A stretch of DNA of 42,718 nt, from the UHGV virus genome UHGV-0332340; one strand, 5' to 3'. Under the pieces are notes generated by a model. It searched no databases and was not told the origin of the DNA. It saw only the letters and a list, made by a program, of their open reading frames with translations. Origin of the DNA: a virus. Shown here piece after piece: positions 35,301 through 42,718 of the stretch. The translations under genes were made by a program, and so were the position numbers. How positions within the stretch are numbered: the stretch's first letter is position 1; each line of letters begins with the position of its first letter.

Positions 35301-36617
35301 TGGGACAGTGTGAAAAATATTGCTGGTAATGTAGGAAACACACTTAAAAACGTAGTAGGTGACGTGTGGGACTTCATTTCAGACCCTGGCGCATTAGCCA
35401 GAAAAGTACTGGGTGGCTTAGATGTATTAGGTGGCTTAACCAAATACCCATTAGAGGTAGGTAAAGGTATTCTATCTAAAGCAACAAGCGCACTAACTGA
35501 AAAAATCACTGGCCTGTTTTCATCTGGTAACTTAGATACATCCATAGGAACAAATGGCGTTTATAAATACTTAGCAGATGTTGCTAAGTCTGTAATGAAG
35601 AAATTCCCAGGATTTATGGTAACATCAGGGTATCGTGAAGGAGATCAATATTCACATGGTAAACGTAATGCCATTGATATTGCCCTACCAGGTGTCACAG
35701 GTGGCTCGCCACGATACACAGAAGCGGCCAACTATGCTTTTGATAAATTTGCGTCTAAGATTGGTTACGTAATCACTAATGGTAAAGTTCGTGACCGTTC
35801 AGGACAATCAGGTACAGGCATTCATAATGATTGGAGACCATGGCCAGCTGGAGACCACTACGACCACGTGCACTTAAACGGTATAAAAGACCCACAAAAC
35901 ACTCAAATCTCAGGTGATAGCGTGGGAGGTAGTGGTGTTGAAAGATGGCGAAACGTAGCAATTAGAGCATTGAAAATGACTGGTCAATACAGTGCTGCAA
36001 ACTTAAACGCCTTACTAAATCAAATGCGTACGGAGTCAAATGGTAATCCTAAAGCGATTAACTTGTGGGATCCAAACGCTATGAAGGGTACACCATCAAA
36101 AGGTTTAATGCAAGTGATTGACCCAACATTCAGACAGTATGCAATGCCTGGATTCAATAGTAATATCTATGACCCACTAAGTAATATTCTAGCTTCTATC
36201 AAGTATGCCCTTGCAACATACGGTTCATTAACAAATGCTTATCGTGGAGTTGGTTATGAAAACGGTGGAATTATCACAAAAGAACACATTGCAAGAGTTG
36301 GAGAAGGTAATAAGGAAGAAGTAGTTATTCCACTAACTGGCTCTGGGTTAAAACGTTCAAGAGCTATGCAACTATTAGCATATGCCAATGAGAAGCTTAA
36401 CCGTAACCAGTCAGCACCAGTATCTGGAACTACTTCAAGTACGAACTCTGATATGGCCCAAATGCTTCTATTGTTACAACAGCAGAATGAGTTATTGATG
36501 GCGATTTTAGCTAAAGACACTAATGTAGTACTAGACGGTGAGAAGTTAAATAGCAAACTACAAAAGATTCAATCAAGGAATCAATTAAATGCTAATCGTG
36601 ATTTGGGATTAGTTTAG
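32304..36617 (+). CDS. Tape measure protein with C-terminal peptidase-M15-like and lytic transglycosylase (SLT) domains
   Basis: RBS AAAGGAG before the ATG at 32304. The N-terminal half is a long coiled coil and the middle is hydrophobic. SHGKRNAIDIA...DHYDHVHL gives an M15/VanY-type zinc site. ESNGNP...GLMQV gives an SLT catalytic motif. Confidence 0.8.
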   Translation: MAQDRPIGNMKFGVGFDGLDESLNTLDKLNRAIKQTESAMKTNISTMDKGNKTASDYARAEADLTRAYELQAKKIALLEKRKEEQIKAHGAESAAVARTVDQINKASTKYNQYNKEIDKNKQAHIIASSGVDKYSKAIKNNESAMKDEISALRSAGDKVGAYKAQKQGLLKQEELTTKAIKAQENVVKQMTKQFGENSTQVASAKEKLETFKRQQQITSKQIEGTNKGLKESSNAFRGLNDEMSKSEPASKKAVNGLGKVTSGLGTMLGGIGKVVGKVGLGALLTIGNKAFNAVSSNVDSAIKRIDTLANSSRSFQNMGFDAEKTARAMKNISKAIEGLPTALDDSVSNVQLLAASTGDLDLSVDVYKALNDAILGFGGDANMANNAIVQLSQSFSNGKVDAQTWNSMINSGLGPTLNALAKQMGITTGELKNGLSEGKISVKDFQEGLIKLDKEGGGGLKSLEQIAKDSTKGISTSLANAKTAMVRGTAELIKSVDEMLKNMNLPTISEFITNAGTNMENFMKKVAAVLPEIAKHFAWVGDVFDGIKEIFANVMDEVDAFIFNFKNGFTQMVEFVKNVWNGDVQSNDYYLLRLAGLDYETIWKIEDFIKIFKEKAETFGAYVQGFWKLFSKDEATSLDGYSMLRTLGMTEDQITGLETAVENVKTFLSDLKDVVLDLADIALYNLNQEFDTLYKFFTEEVAPDLLPIIQSWTESFQRMSTIFKDTGDSANGLKTVIVVAWKIMEDRFQGLWIIVKTIMTAIQITIETVTVAIAGILNTFGLVITGQWSSAWEEIKKTGERIWAAIWGGIKDTFLGKILTALGTFYTENKKIFDGIWETITGILFAVPGFVFDIFTKVPQRMAEAIKGGKSAVVAAFKGVFNAALKAIGKPVNGIIKGASWVLEKLGAEPLKEWEVPQYATGTPAGGHPINGPMMVNDGRGAETVITPDGRAFIPKGRNVVLNAPKGTHVLTAEETAQLQGSKAPKYRYKKGTNFFGNMWDSVKNIAGNVGNTLKNVVGDVWDFISDPGALARKVLGGLDVLGGLTKYPLEVGKGILSKATSALTEKITGLFSSGNLDTSIGTNGVYKYLADVAKSVMKKFPGFMVTSGYREGDQYSHGKRNAIDIALPGVTGGSPRYTEAANYAFDKFASKIGYVITNGKVRDRSGQSGTGIHNDWRPWPAGDHYDHVHLNGIKDPQNTQISGDSVGGSGVERWRNVAIRALKMTGQYSAANLNALLNQMRTESNGNPKAINLWDPNAMKGTPSKGLMQVIDPTFRQYAMPGFNSNIYDPLSNILASIKYALATYGSLTNAYRGVGYENGGIITKEHIARVGEGNKEEVVIPLTGSGLKRSRAMQLLAYANEKLNRNQSAPVSGTTSSTNSDMAQMLLLLQQQNELLMAILAKDTNVVLDGEKLNSKLQKIQSRNQLNANRDLGLV

Positions 36618-36690
36618 CAAATTAGGGGCTTGTATAAGTCCCTTTTTTGTGTTATAATTGTACTATATTAAAGACTGAGGAGAGATAAAT

Positions 36691-39600
36691 ATGGCGCAAA
36701 ATTATGATTTTCTACGATCCTTTACGATTGGCGGAAAAGATACAAAACACTTATTTCAAATTGCAAAATTAAACATACCGTTTTTATCAAAAGAAAATGA
36801 GTTTTTCCAGGTAGGCAACACAGACGGAAAACATTTTAGAAATACCAGATTAGGAGATTACACATTAAGCATTGATGGGTTCATTATCAAAGACAATACA
36901 GGTAAAACAGTACCACAAGTGATGGATGAACTGAAAGCATTAGTCAATAGCGACGAACCACAGAAGTTAGTGTTTGACATTTTTCCAGATAGATACTTCA
37001 ATGCTATCTTCACAGGAGCTGAAGAATATGACGCAACTGACTTGAAGTACACCCCGCTTACATTGACGTTTGATGTGCCAGATGGGTTAGCACATGCCAT
37101 TGAGCCAATTGGTTTTTCCAACACCTACTCAACCACAACAAACGTGATGCTTGATAGTGAGTATAATGCTATCAATAAATATATGAAGCCTTGGGTACAG
37201 AAGTTAGATGAGAAGTTTAATAACTCTAATGTAGTTCAAGCTGATTTCACGAACGGTATCCCATTGAATTTTGAACGTGATGATAAAACAGATGAACGGT
37301 GGCTAAACTGGAATCCAGCCACAACAATTCATGCTGATGAGTTGAAAGTGGGAGAAGAAGTTAACTTCAGTGTGTATGCACAAGTAGTATCAATTGATGA
37401 AGAGAACAACAAAGATTACGCTGGACAAGTGATACTAGAAGAGTGGGATACAGTGAAGGGAGCAATACTTAAAAGACACATTGTTTATATCCCTAAAAAA
37501 GTGACTACTAATTTCACAGAGTATGGGTCAGTTGTTAAGATTGAGAACGAAAAAACAAATGCCATTAACTTGCAGTACGGTTTCAGAGGAAGTACCCTTA
37601 TTAAATGGAGTAAGCCAATGGTTAGTTTTCTACCTCCAATTGGTGAGACAGTAACAGCTCCAAGTGTGGGCGCAAAGGCATATAGTAACAGCTTAGAATT
37701 CGGTGCTTATGATTATAGTGGGAATCCGAACTTGTTGCCAAATTTAAAAGCGAGTGACTTTAATACGCCTACAGGTATGACGGCTGAACAGGTAGGTAGC
37801 GCGATCAAGTTTACTTTTGGCGATGGCGCATGGTTATCTGCTAGTACAGTACACATTACAGCATTATCACCAAACACATATTATACTTTATCCGCTGACG
37901 TTACCATATTAGATTCAACCGGCGCTGACACAGACCAATTGAGATTGTATATCAGAAAAGGAACTGGAGCTAGTTTAATTAATCTTGTTTTTCCTGCGGG
38001 TATGAAACTAAACGAAAAAACTAAAATTCAAGTGACAGGTAACTCTAGTACCCTCGACGACCCATCTAAGTTTGAATATATGTACATGACAATGCACACA
38101 ACTACAGCTACGCCGTTCAAAGGAAGCATATTGGTTGAGAACATAAAGTTAGAAAAAGTTATTTCTGCTGAAAGTAAAGCCACATCATATCAACCTAACT
38201 TACTTGATGCGCCGTATTATTTTAGTAAGGTGCCTTTGGGTGAGAATATAGCAAACAAAGATGTTCAGTTTCCTATTACTACAACTGCTTATAATGTGTA
38301 TAGTAGACCTAATACTGAAAACTATCAACTAAATCAAACTTATACAGTTTCAATAAAAGCAACCAAACCATCTACACAACAATTCTATATTTATATAGAC
38401 AGTGGTATAAACAAAAAAGTAACGCTTTCAGCAGTTGAAGGTTTGACTGATGTGTGGGAGGGCACTTTCACTGTAGACCAAACTGACATAAACAACGGAG
38501 CTAGCAAGTACCTTAATATTTTCCAATATCCAACTGCTACAAAAGGAACAGTAAATATAGAATGGTTAAAACTAGAAAAAGGTGCCACTAGAACACCAAA
38601 CATTCCATACTACAAATATGAAGGAATCGCACCAGCCCCATCAAATATTCCAAATGAGTATCATTGGGGATATAGTCCTTCATATATTAATGCTGTTGAA
38701 TATGTGCCAAGCGGAGACTCTGTGGGCGACTTAGTTAAGATTGAAAACAATGGGACGTATAGAACTAAGCCACGCTTTTCATTTAGGATGAAAGGAGAAA
38801 ATGGACTAGTTGCCTTATTGAATCAAAATGGAGCTATCTTGCAGTTTGGTAACCCTGAAGATGTAGACGGAACAACTTCATCCAGAGTAGAGCCAGCAAT
38901 GAATGAAACCTTCTGGGGTAAGACTTTAAATCCAGCCCTAAAAGTAAACACTGGTTTCAAGTCAGTATATCCAAATATGAATAGTAACCCAGCAACACCA
39001 AACAAGGTGCAAGGCACATTGAACATGAAAGATGACCCAGACGCAGTGCAACCAGTATATACAGGAGTTGGAGATATAAATGTGTGGCATGGCCCAACAG
39101 TAGTGGGAGATATTGCAGCTCCATCAAATACTGATAGAACACTCCCAATTACAACACATTTTAGATTTGGATTTGATAATCACAATAAAGGTCAGCGTGG
39201 ACGATTAGAGTTTAGTACCTTTGATGAAGTTGGTAATCCAATAATGACGGCTATCATCAGAGATAGCACAACAGCCTCAAATGAGTTAGTTTTTGAAGCA
39301 TGGTATAAAAACAATAAGCTTCATCAAATGAAATTAGATAGAAAAGTGTTTAATAAAACATTCTATGAAATGAACATGGATCGTAGAGGAAACAGACTAG
39401 TGTGGCGTGTTGTTCAAATCAAGTCATTGAATCAAGCTCCTGGAGGATGGTCACAAGCGACAATTGACAAAGAATACAAATTTGTTTGGACACTTCCAGA
39501 ACCAGATACAAGTAAGTTCACAAAAGCTGGCTTCTGGTTTATGAGATTCTCAAATAAATACGGTGTTATTATGAGAATGACTGACATGCAAGCACGTTGG

Positions 39601-39840
39601 GAAGGAACACCATACTATCAAGACTTGAGGAACTATTTCCAAGATGGTGACCTCGTTGAAATTGATACAGCAACTAGAGAATTTTTTGTTAATGGTGTTG
39701 TGAACAATCAACTAAACGTGGTAGGTAATCAGTGGGAAAAATTCGAGTTAGAAACAGGTGAAACCATTATCCAACCCATTGTTTCAGAGTGGGCTAACAT
39801 GGCGGAGGTAACGGCAGAGATTACACAAAACTATCTATAA
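36691..39840 (+). CDS. Distal tail protein (Dit), giant 'evolved' form with tandem carbohydrate-binding-like modules
   Basis: N-terminal ~130 aa are Dit-like (MAQNYDFLRSF...DGFIIKD). Two beta-sandwich modules follow, ending ...ILVENIKLEKV and ...VNIEWLKLEKG (a CBM-like signature). 1049 aa. Confidence 0.6.
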   Translation: MAQNYDFLRSFTIGGKDTKHLFQIAKLNIPFLSKENEFFQVGNTDGKHFRNTRLGDYTLSIDGFIIKDNTGKTVPQVMDELKALVNSDEPQKLVFDIFPDRYFNAIFTGAEEYDATDLKYTPLTLTFDVPDGLAHAIEPIGFSNTYSTTTNVMLDSEYNAINKYMKPWVQKLDEKFNNSNVVQADFTNGIPLNFERDDKTDERWLNWNPATTIHADELKVGEEVNFSVYAQVVSIDEENNKDYAGQVILEEWDTVKGAILKRHIVYIPKKVTTNFTEYGSVVKIENEKTNAINLQYGFRGSTLIKWSKPMVSFLPPIGETVTAPSVGAKAYSNSLEFGAYDYSGNPNLLPNLKASDFNTPTGMTAEQVGSAIKFTFGDGAWLSASTVHITALSPNTYYTLSADVTILDSTGADTDQLRLYIRKGTGASLINLVFPAGMKLNEKTKIQVTGNSSTLDDPSKFEYMYMTMHTTTATPFKGSILVENIKLEKVISAESKATSYQPNLLDAPYYFSKVPLGENIANKDVQFPITTTAYNVYSRPNTENYQLNQTYTVSIKATKPSTQQFYIYIDSGINKKVTLSAVEGLTDVWEGTFTVDQTDINNGASKYLNIFQYPTATKGTVNIEWLKLEKGATRTPNIPYYKYEGIAPAPSNIPNEYHWGYSPSYINAVEYVPSGDSVGDLVKIENNGTYRTKPRFSFRMKGENGLVALLNQNGAILQFGNPEDVDGTTSSRVEPAMNETFWGKTLNPALKVNTGFKSVYPNMNSNPATPNKVQGTLNMKDDPDAVQPVYTGVGDINVWHGPTVVGDIAAPSNTDRTLPITTHFRFGFDNHNKGQRGRLEFSTFDEVGNPIMTAIIRDSTTASNELVFEAWYKNNKLHQMKLDRKVFNKTFYEMNMDRRGNRLVWRVVQIKSLNQAPGGWSQATIDKEYKFVWTLPEPDTSKFTKAGFWFMRFSNKYGVIMRMTDMQARWEGTPYYQDLRNYFQDGDLVEIDTATREFFVNGVVNNQLNVVGNQWEKFELETGETIIQPIVSEWANMAEVTAEITQNYL

Positions 39841-39908
39841 ACATGAGAGAGAGACTTGCAAAAGTCTCTCTCTTTATGTTATAATGAATAAGAAAGGAGT
39901 GAGTATAA

Positions 39909-41333
39909 TTGGATTTTTATATAACTGATAGAACCTTTGAATTAAAAACAATTGCGTCAACAACGGCTAATGTAGAATACCCTGTATTAAGTGCAAGTGA
40001 TGTAAGTACACTAGAAACAGCGTCACGTAGAATGACTCTACAGTTAGCATTTACAAAAGACAACACTGCTAAAATTAAAAAAGATGTAGCAGTTGGTAAT
40101 TATGTATTATATCAAGATTTGAATAAAAAATTTGTTTGGATGACAATACTCAAAGTAACACATAACCCATTGACTCAAATACGTACGCTAGAATGTGAAG
40201 ACGCTGGAATGGACTTATTAAATGAGGACTTACCACCGTTTCCATCACAAGGGAATCATAATATTGCTTGGTACATTGAGAAATTTACCTATGATTCTGG
40301 TTTCGTTATTGGTAAAAATGAAATACCTAAATTAACACGTACACTAGAATGGGATAGTAATATGACAGCCCTAGAGCGTATTCAATCAGTAGCCACACAA
40401 TTTGATAATGCAGAACTAGAGTTTTCATTTGAATTTGTTGGGAACCAGTTGGCTAAGCGTAAAATAGACATCTATAAGAAGCGTGGAATTGATGAACGCA
40501 AAAAGTTATATGTAAATAAAGACATTAATTCTATAGAAACAGAAGAAGACATTTATCAATTAGTAAACTCTGTTTATCCAACTGGAGGAACTCCAGAAGG
40601 TAAAGATGAGCCAATCAATTTAAAGGGGTATAGTTGGACTGACCCTGAAGGACGTTTCAGACTAGATAAAACCACTGGTAGAATAAATGACACGCAAAAT
40701 GTAAAACAATGGAGTAGAACAAACACCAACTCCCATTATTTTCTACAGCATAAGAGTTGGACAACCACAAATCAGAAAGAGTTGGTTAATACAACGGTTA
40801 ACTGGCTGAAAAAATACAGTGTGCCTGTAGTTAACTATATTGTAGATATTGCTAACATTCCATCGCAATTAACAGTAGGTGACACTGTAGATATTATAGA
40901 TGAAAATGAAAATCTGTTTTTATCTAGTAGAGTACAGAAACTAACAGTTAATTATGAAACAGAACAAGTGGTGTGTGAGTTATCTGACTTTGTCAGATTA
41001 GAGAGCGGGTTATCTGATCGTTTACAAGAGTTAGCAAATGATTTGAAAAATGACATTAATTCTAAGATACCTTATGAGATATTTATTGAAGCCTCTTCAC
41101 CGTTGTTTATTGGAGGTAAAACACAAGATGGAAACACCACAATCACACTTAGTGCCAAAGTGAAGTGGGCTGGAAAAGATGTAACAAACATTTTTAACGA
41201 AACTGATTTCACATGGTCTAGGTACAAGTCAGATGGAGCATTAGACAATACATTTACAGCTACTGGTAGAGCCATCTCAGTTACATCTGGTAACGAGTCA
41301 CAATTTAAATATGAGGTAGCATTAAGCTATTAA
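39909..41333 (+). CDS. Tail-associated protein (Tal), structural N-terminal type without lysin domain
   Basis: TTG start after AAGGAG. Lies between Dit and the fibre. 474 aa. Confidence 0.5.
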   Translation: MDFYITDRTFELKTIASTTANVEYPVLSASDVSTLETASRRMTLQLAFTKDNTAKIKKDVAVGNYVLYQDLNKKFVWMTILKVTHNPLTQIRTLECEDAGMDLLNEDLPPFPSQGNHNIAWYIEKFTYDSGFVIGKNEIPKLTRTLEWDSNMTALERIQSVATQFDNAELEFSFEFVGNQLAKRKIDIYKKRGIDERKKLYVNKDINSIETEEDIYQLVNSVYPTGGTPEGKDEPINLKGYSWTDPEGRFRLDKTTGRINDTQNVKQWSRTNTNSHYFLQHKSWTTTNQKELVNTTVNWLKKYSVPVVNYIVDIANIPSQLTVGDTVDIIDENENLFLSSRVQKLTVNYETEQVVCELSDFVRLESGLSDRLQELANDLKNDINSKIPYEIFIEASSPLFIGGKTQDGNTTITLSAKVKWAGKDVTNIFNETDFTWSRYKSDGALDNTFTATGRAISVTSGNESQFKYEVALSY

Positions 41334-41346
41334 GGAGGATGAAAGC

Positions 41347-42718
41347 ATGGCAGTAATTAAATCAGAATACCTACTTCCAAATTATGACCCAGAAGAGGTT
41401 GGTATGAAGGGTGAAAAGGGTGATGATGGGAAAACCAGTTACGTACACATTGCCTATTCTAATAGCTCAGATGGTGGGGTAGATTTTAGTACAACTGACC
41501 CAACCAACAGGGCGTACACTGGTTACTATACAGACTTTGAAATGATAGATTCAACAGACCCTAGTAAATATGAATGGCAACGCACAAAAGGAGACTCTGG
41601 TAAAGATGGTGTAGCTGGTAAAGATGGGGTAGGTTTACAATCAACCACTATCAGTTATGCTAAACACACTAATGCAAGTACCCCACCAGCTACAGGGTGG
41701 CAAGCTCAAGTACCAACAGTTCCAGCAGGCCAATACCTATGGACTAAAACAGTATGGACTTATACAGATTCAAGTTCTGAAACTGGCTACTCAGTAGCTA
41801 GAATGGGACAAGATGGTGCTAAAGGTAATGATGGAATAGCTGGTAAAGATGGGGTAGGTATCCAAGATACACTCATTGAATATGCAGTTAATACTAGTGG
41901 TACAGTTAGACCTACCAGTGGATGGTCTACAACTATACCTAACACTCCCCAAGGTCAATACCTATGGACGCGTACCACATGGACGTATACAGACAATACG
42001 ACTGAGCAAGGTTATTCTGTAGCTAGACAAGGTAGCAACGGGCAAAACGGAACAAATGGTTCTAACGGTGTAGGAATTTCTACTACAATAATTGAGTATA
42101 ATAAGTCAACTAACTCAACAACACCACCCTCTACTGGATGGACTAGCACTATCCCTTCTATAAGCGGAGGTCAGTACCTATGGACACGTGTCACATTGAA
42201 TTATACTAATGGTCAAAAAGCTGAGTCCTACACAGTAGCTAGACAAGGTGAAGATGGGGCAGATGGACAACTATTCACTGGTGAAACAGAGCCAACAGAC
42301 TTCAATGAAGGTGATATTTGGTATAAAGTGGTTTCTGGCAAAGTAACTGGTGTGTATGAAGCTAAAGGTGGTACATGGATTGAAATACCTTTTGAAAGTT
42401 CTGTAATTGCTGAAACCATCATTGGTAAAACGATTCAAGCTTCACACCTTACAGGTAGTACTATTGACGGTGGTAAAATAAGTGGTGCTGAGTTTCTGAA
42501 TGAGTACACAAATGTTATTAGTGGTGTGAATCAAGTTACTGATGGTAAGCTAGGTATTAAGGATGGTATTTTACAAGCAGGTTCAACTTACTATTTAACA
42601 AACAGTGCTGGTGAAAGACTGTATAAGTTTGCAACTACAGAAGCAGATATTCACCAAGGAACAGTTAATTTAAGACAACGATTATATGATGAAACAGGTA
42701 CACAGACCTCAGAATCTA
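41347..42718 (+). CDS. Tail fibre / receptor-binding protein with collagen-like triplets and three ~75-aa repeats (3' end outside window)
   Basis: RBS AAGGAGGA. Gly-X-Y runs (GEKGDDGKT, GDSGKDGVAGKDGVG, GAKGNDGIAGKDGVG, GSNGQNGTNGSNGVG). The GQYLWT[KR]T.W.YTD...GYSVAR motif is repeated three times. Confidence 0.7.
   Translation, partial: MAVIKSEYLLPNYDPEEVGMKGEKGDDGKTSYVHIAYSNSSDGGVDFSTTDPTNRAYTGYYTDFEMIDSTDPSKYEWQRTKGDSGKDGVAGKDGVGLQSTTISYAKHTNASTPPATGWQAQVPTVPAGQYLWTKTVWTYTDSSSETGYSVARMGQDGAKGNDGIAGKDGVGIQDTLIEYAVNTSGTVRPTSGWSTTIPNTPQGQYLWTRTTWTYTDNTTEQGYSVARQGSNGQNGTNGSNGVGISTTIIEYNKSTNSTTPPSTGWTSTIPSISGGQYLWTRVTLNYTNGQKAESYTVARQGEDGADGQLFTGETEPTDFNEGDIWYKVVSGKVTGVYEAKGGTWIEIPFESSVIAETIIGKTIQASHLTGSTIDGGKISGAEFLNEYTNVISGVNQVTDGKLGIKDGILQAGSTYYLTNSAGERLYKFATTEADIHQGTVNLRQRLYDETGTQTSES

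Overview
This window reads as the near-complete genome of a virulent (lytic) siphovirus infecting a low-GC Firmicutes host, roughly 35% GC. No integrase or repressor was found. Holin and lysin types, collagen-like tail fibres and several HNH homing endonucleases point to a Lactobacillales (Enterococcus, Lactococcus or Streptococcus) phage, but the host cannot be fixed from sequence alone.

Layout:
- 1-470: C-terminus of a tail-fibre or receptor-binding gene that runs in from outside the window.
- 471-2290: a plus-strand lysis cassette (XhlA-like protein, phi LC3-type holin, amidase_2 endolysin), bracketed by a 35-bp direct repeat.
- 2331-20546: a long minus-strand early and replication module. 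It encodes dNK, an NrdH-like redoxin, family-B DNA polymerase, a TM2 protein, a gp2.5-like SSB candidate, an MBL-fold hydrolase, two HNH homing endonucleases, a Prim-Pol primase, an SF2 helicase, a VRR-NUC nuclease, a D5-like SF3 primase-helicase and many small hypotheticals. These genes are driven by at least 8 copies of one promoter-leader architecture (TTGACA-N17-TATACT-TAGTNCATAAGNTAAGAGGAGG).
- 20547-20977: a divergent switch region, AT-rich, with TTAGTGACA iterons and a 19-bp long-range inverted repeat. It is probably the origin of replication and carries the early/late promoters.
- 20978-42718: the plus-strand late module. It starts with small proteins and a gp74-like HNH, then a C-tract-rich probable cos region and a free-standing HNH_3.
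  - Packaging, head and connector: P27-family terS, Terminase_1 terL, portal, HK97 prohead protease, HK97 major capsid protein (with an Ig-like Big_2 extension in the -1 frame), connector proteins and major tail protein.
  - Tail, from chaperones to tip: G/G-T tail chaperones with a canonical A_AAA_AAG slippery site, a tape measure carrying M15-like and SLT domains, a giant 1049-aa Dit with tandem CBM-like modules, Tal, and a collagen-like repeat-rich fibre that runs off the window end.

The most unusual element is a ~485-bp ORF-free block between terS and terL (about 23720-24204). It is GC-enriched (~45%) and bounded by a promoter and a terminator. I read it as a candidate large structured ncRNA.
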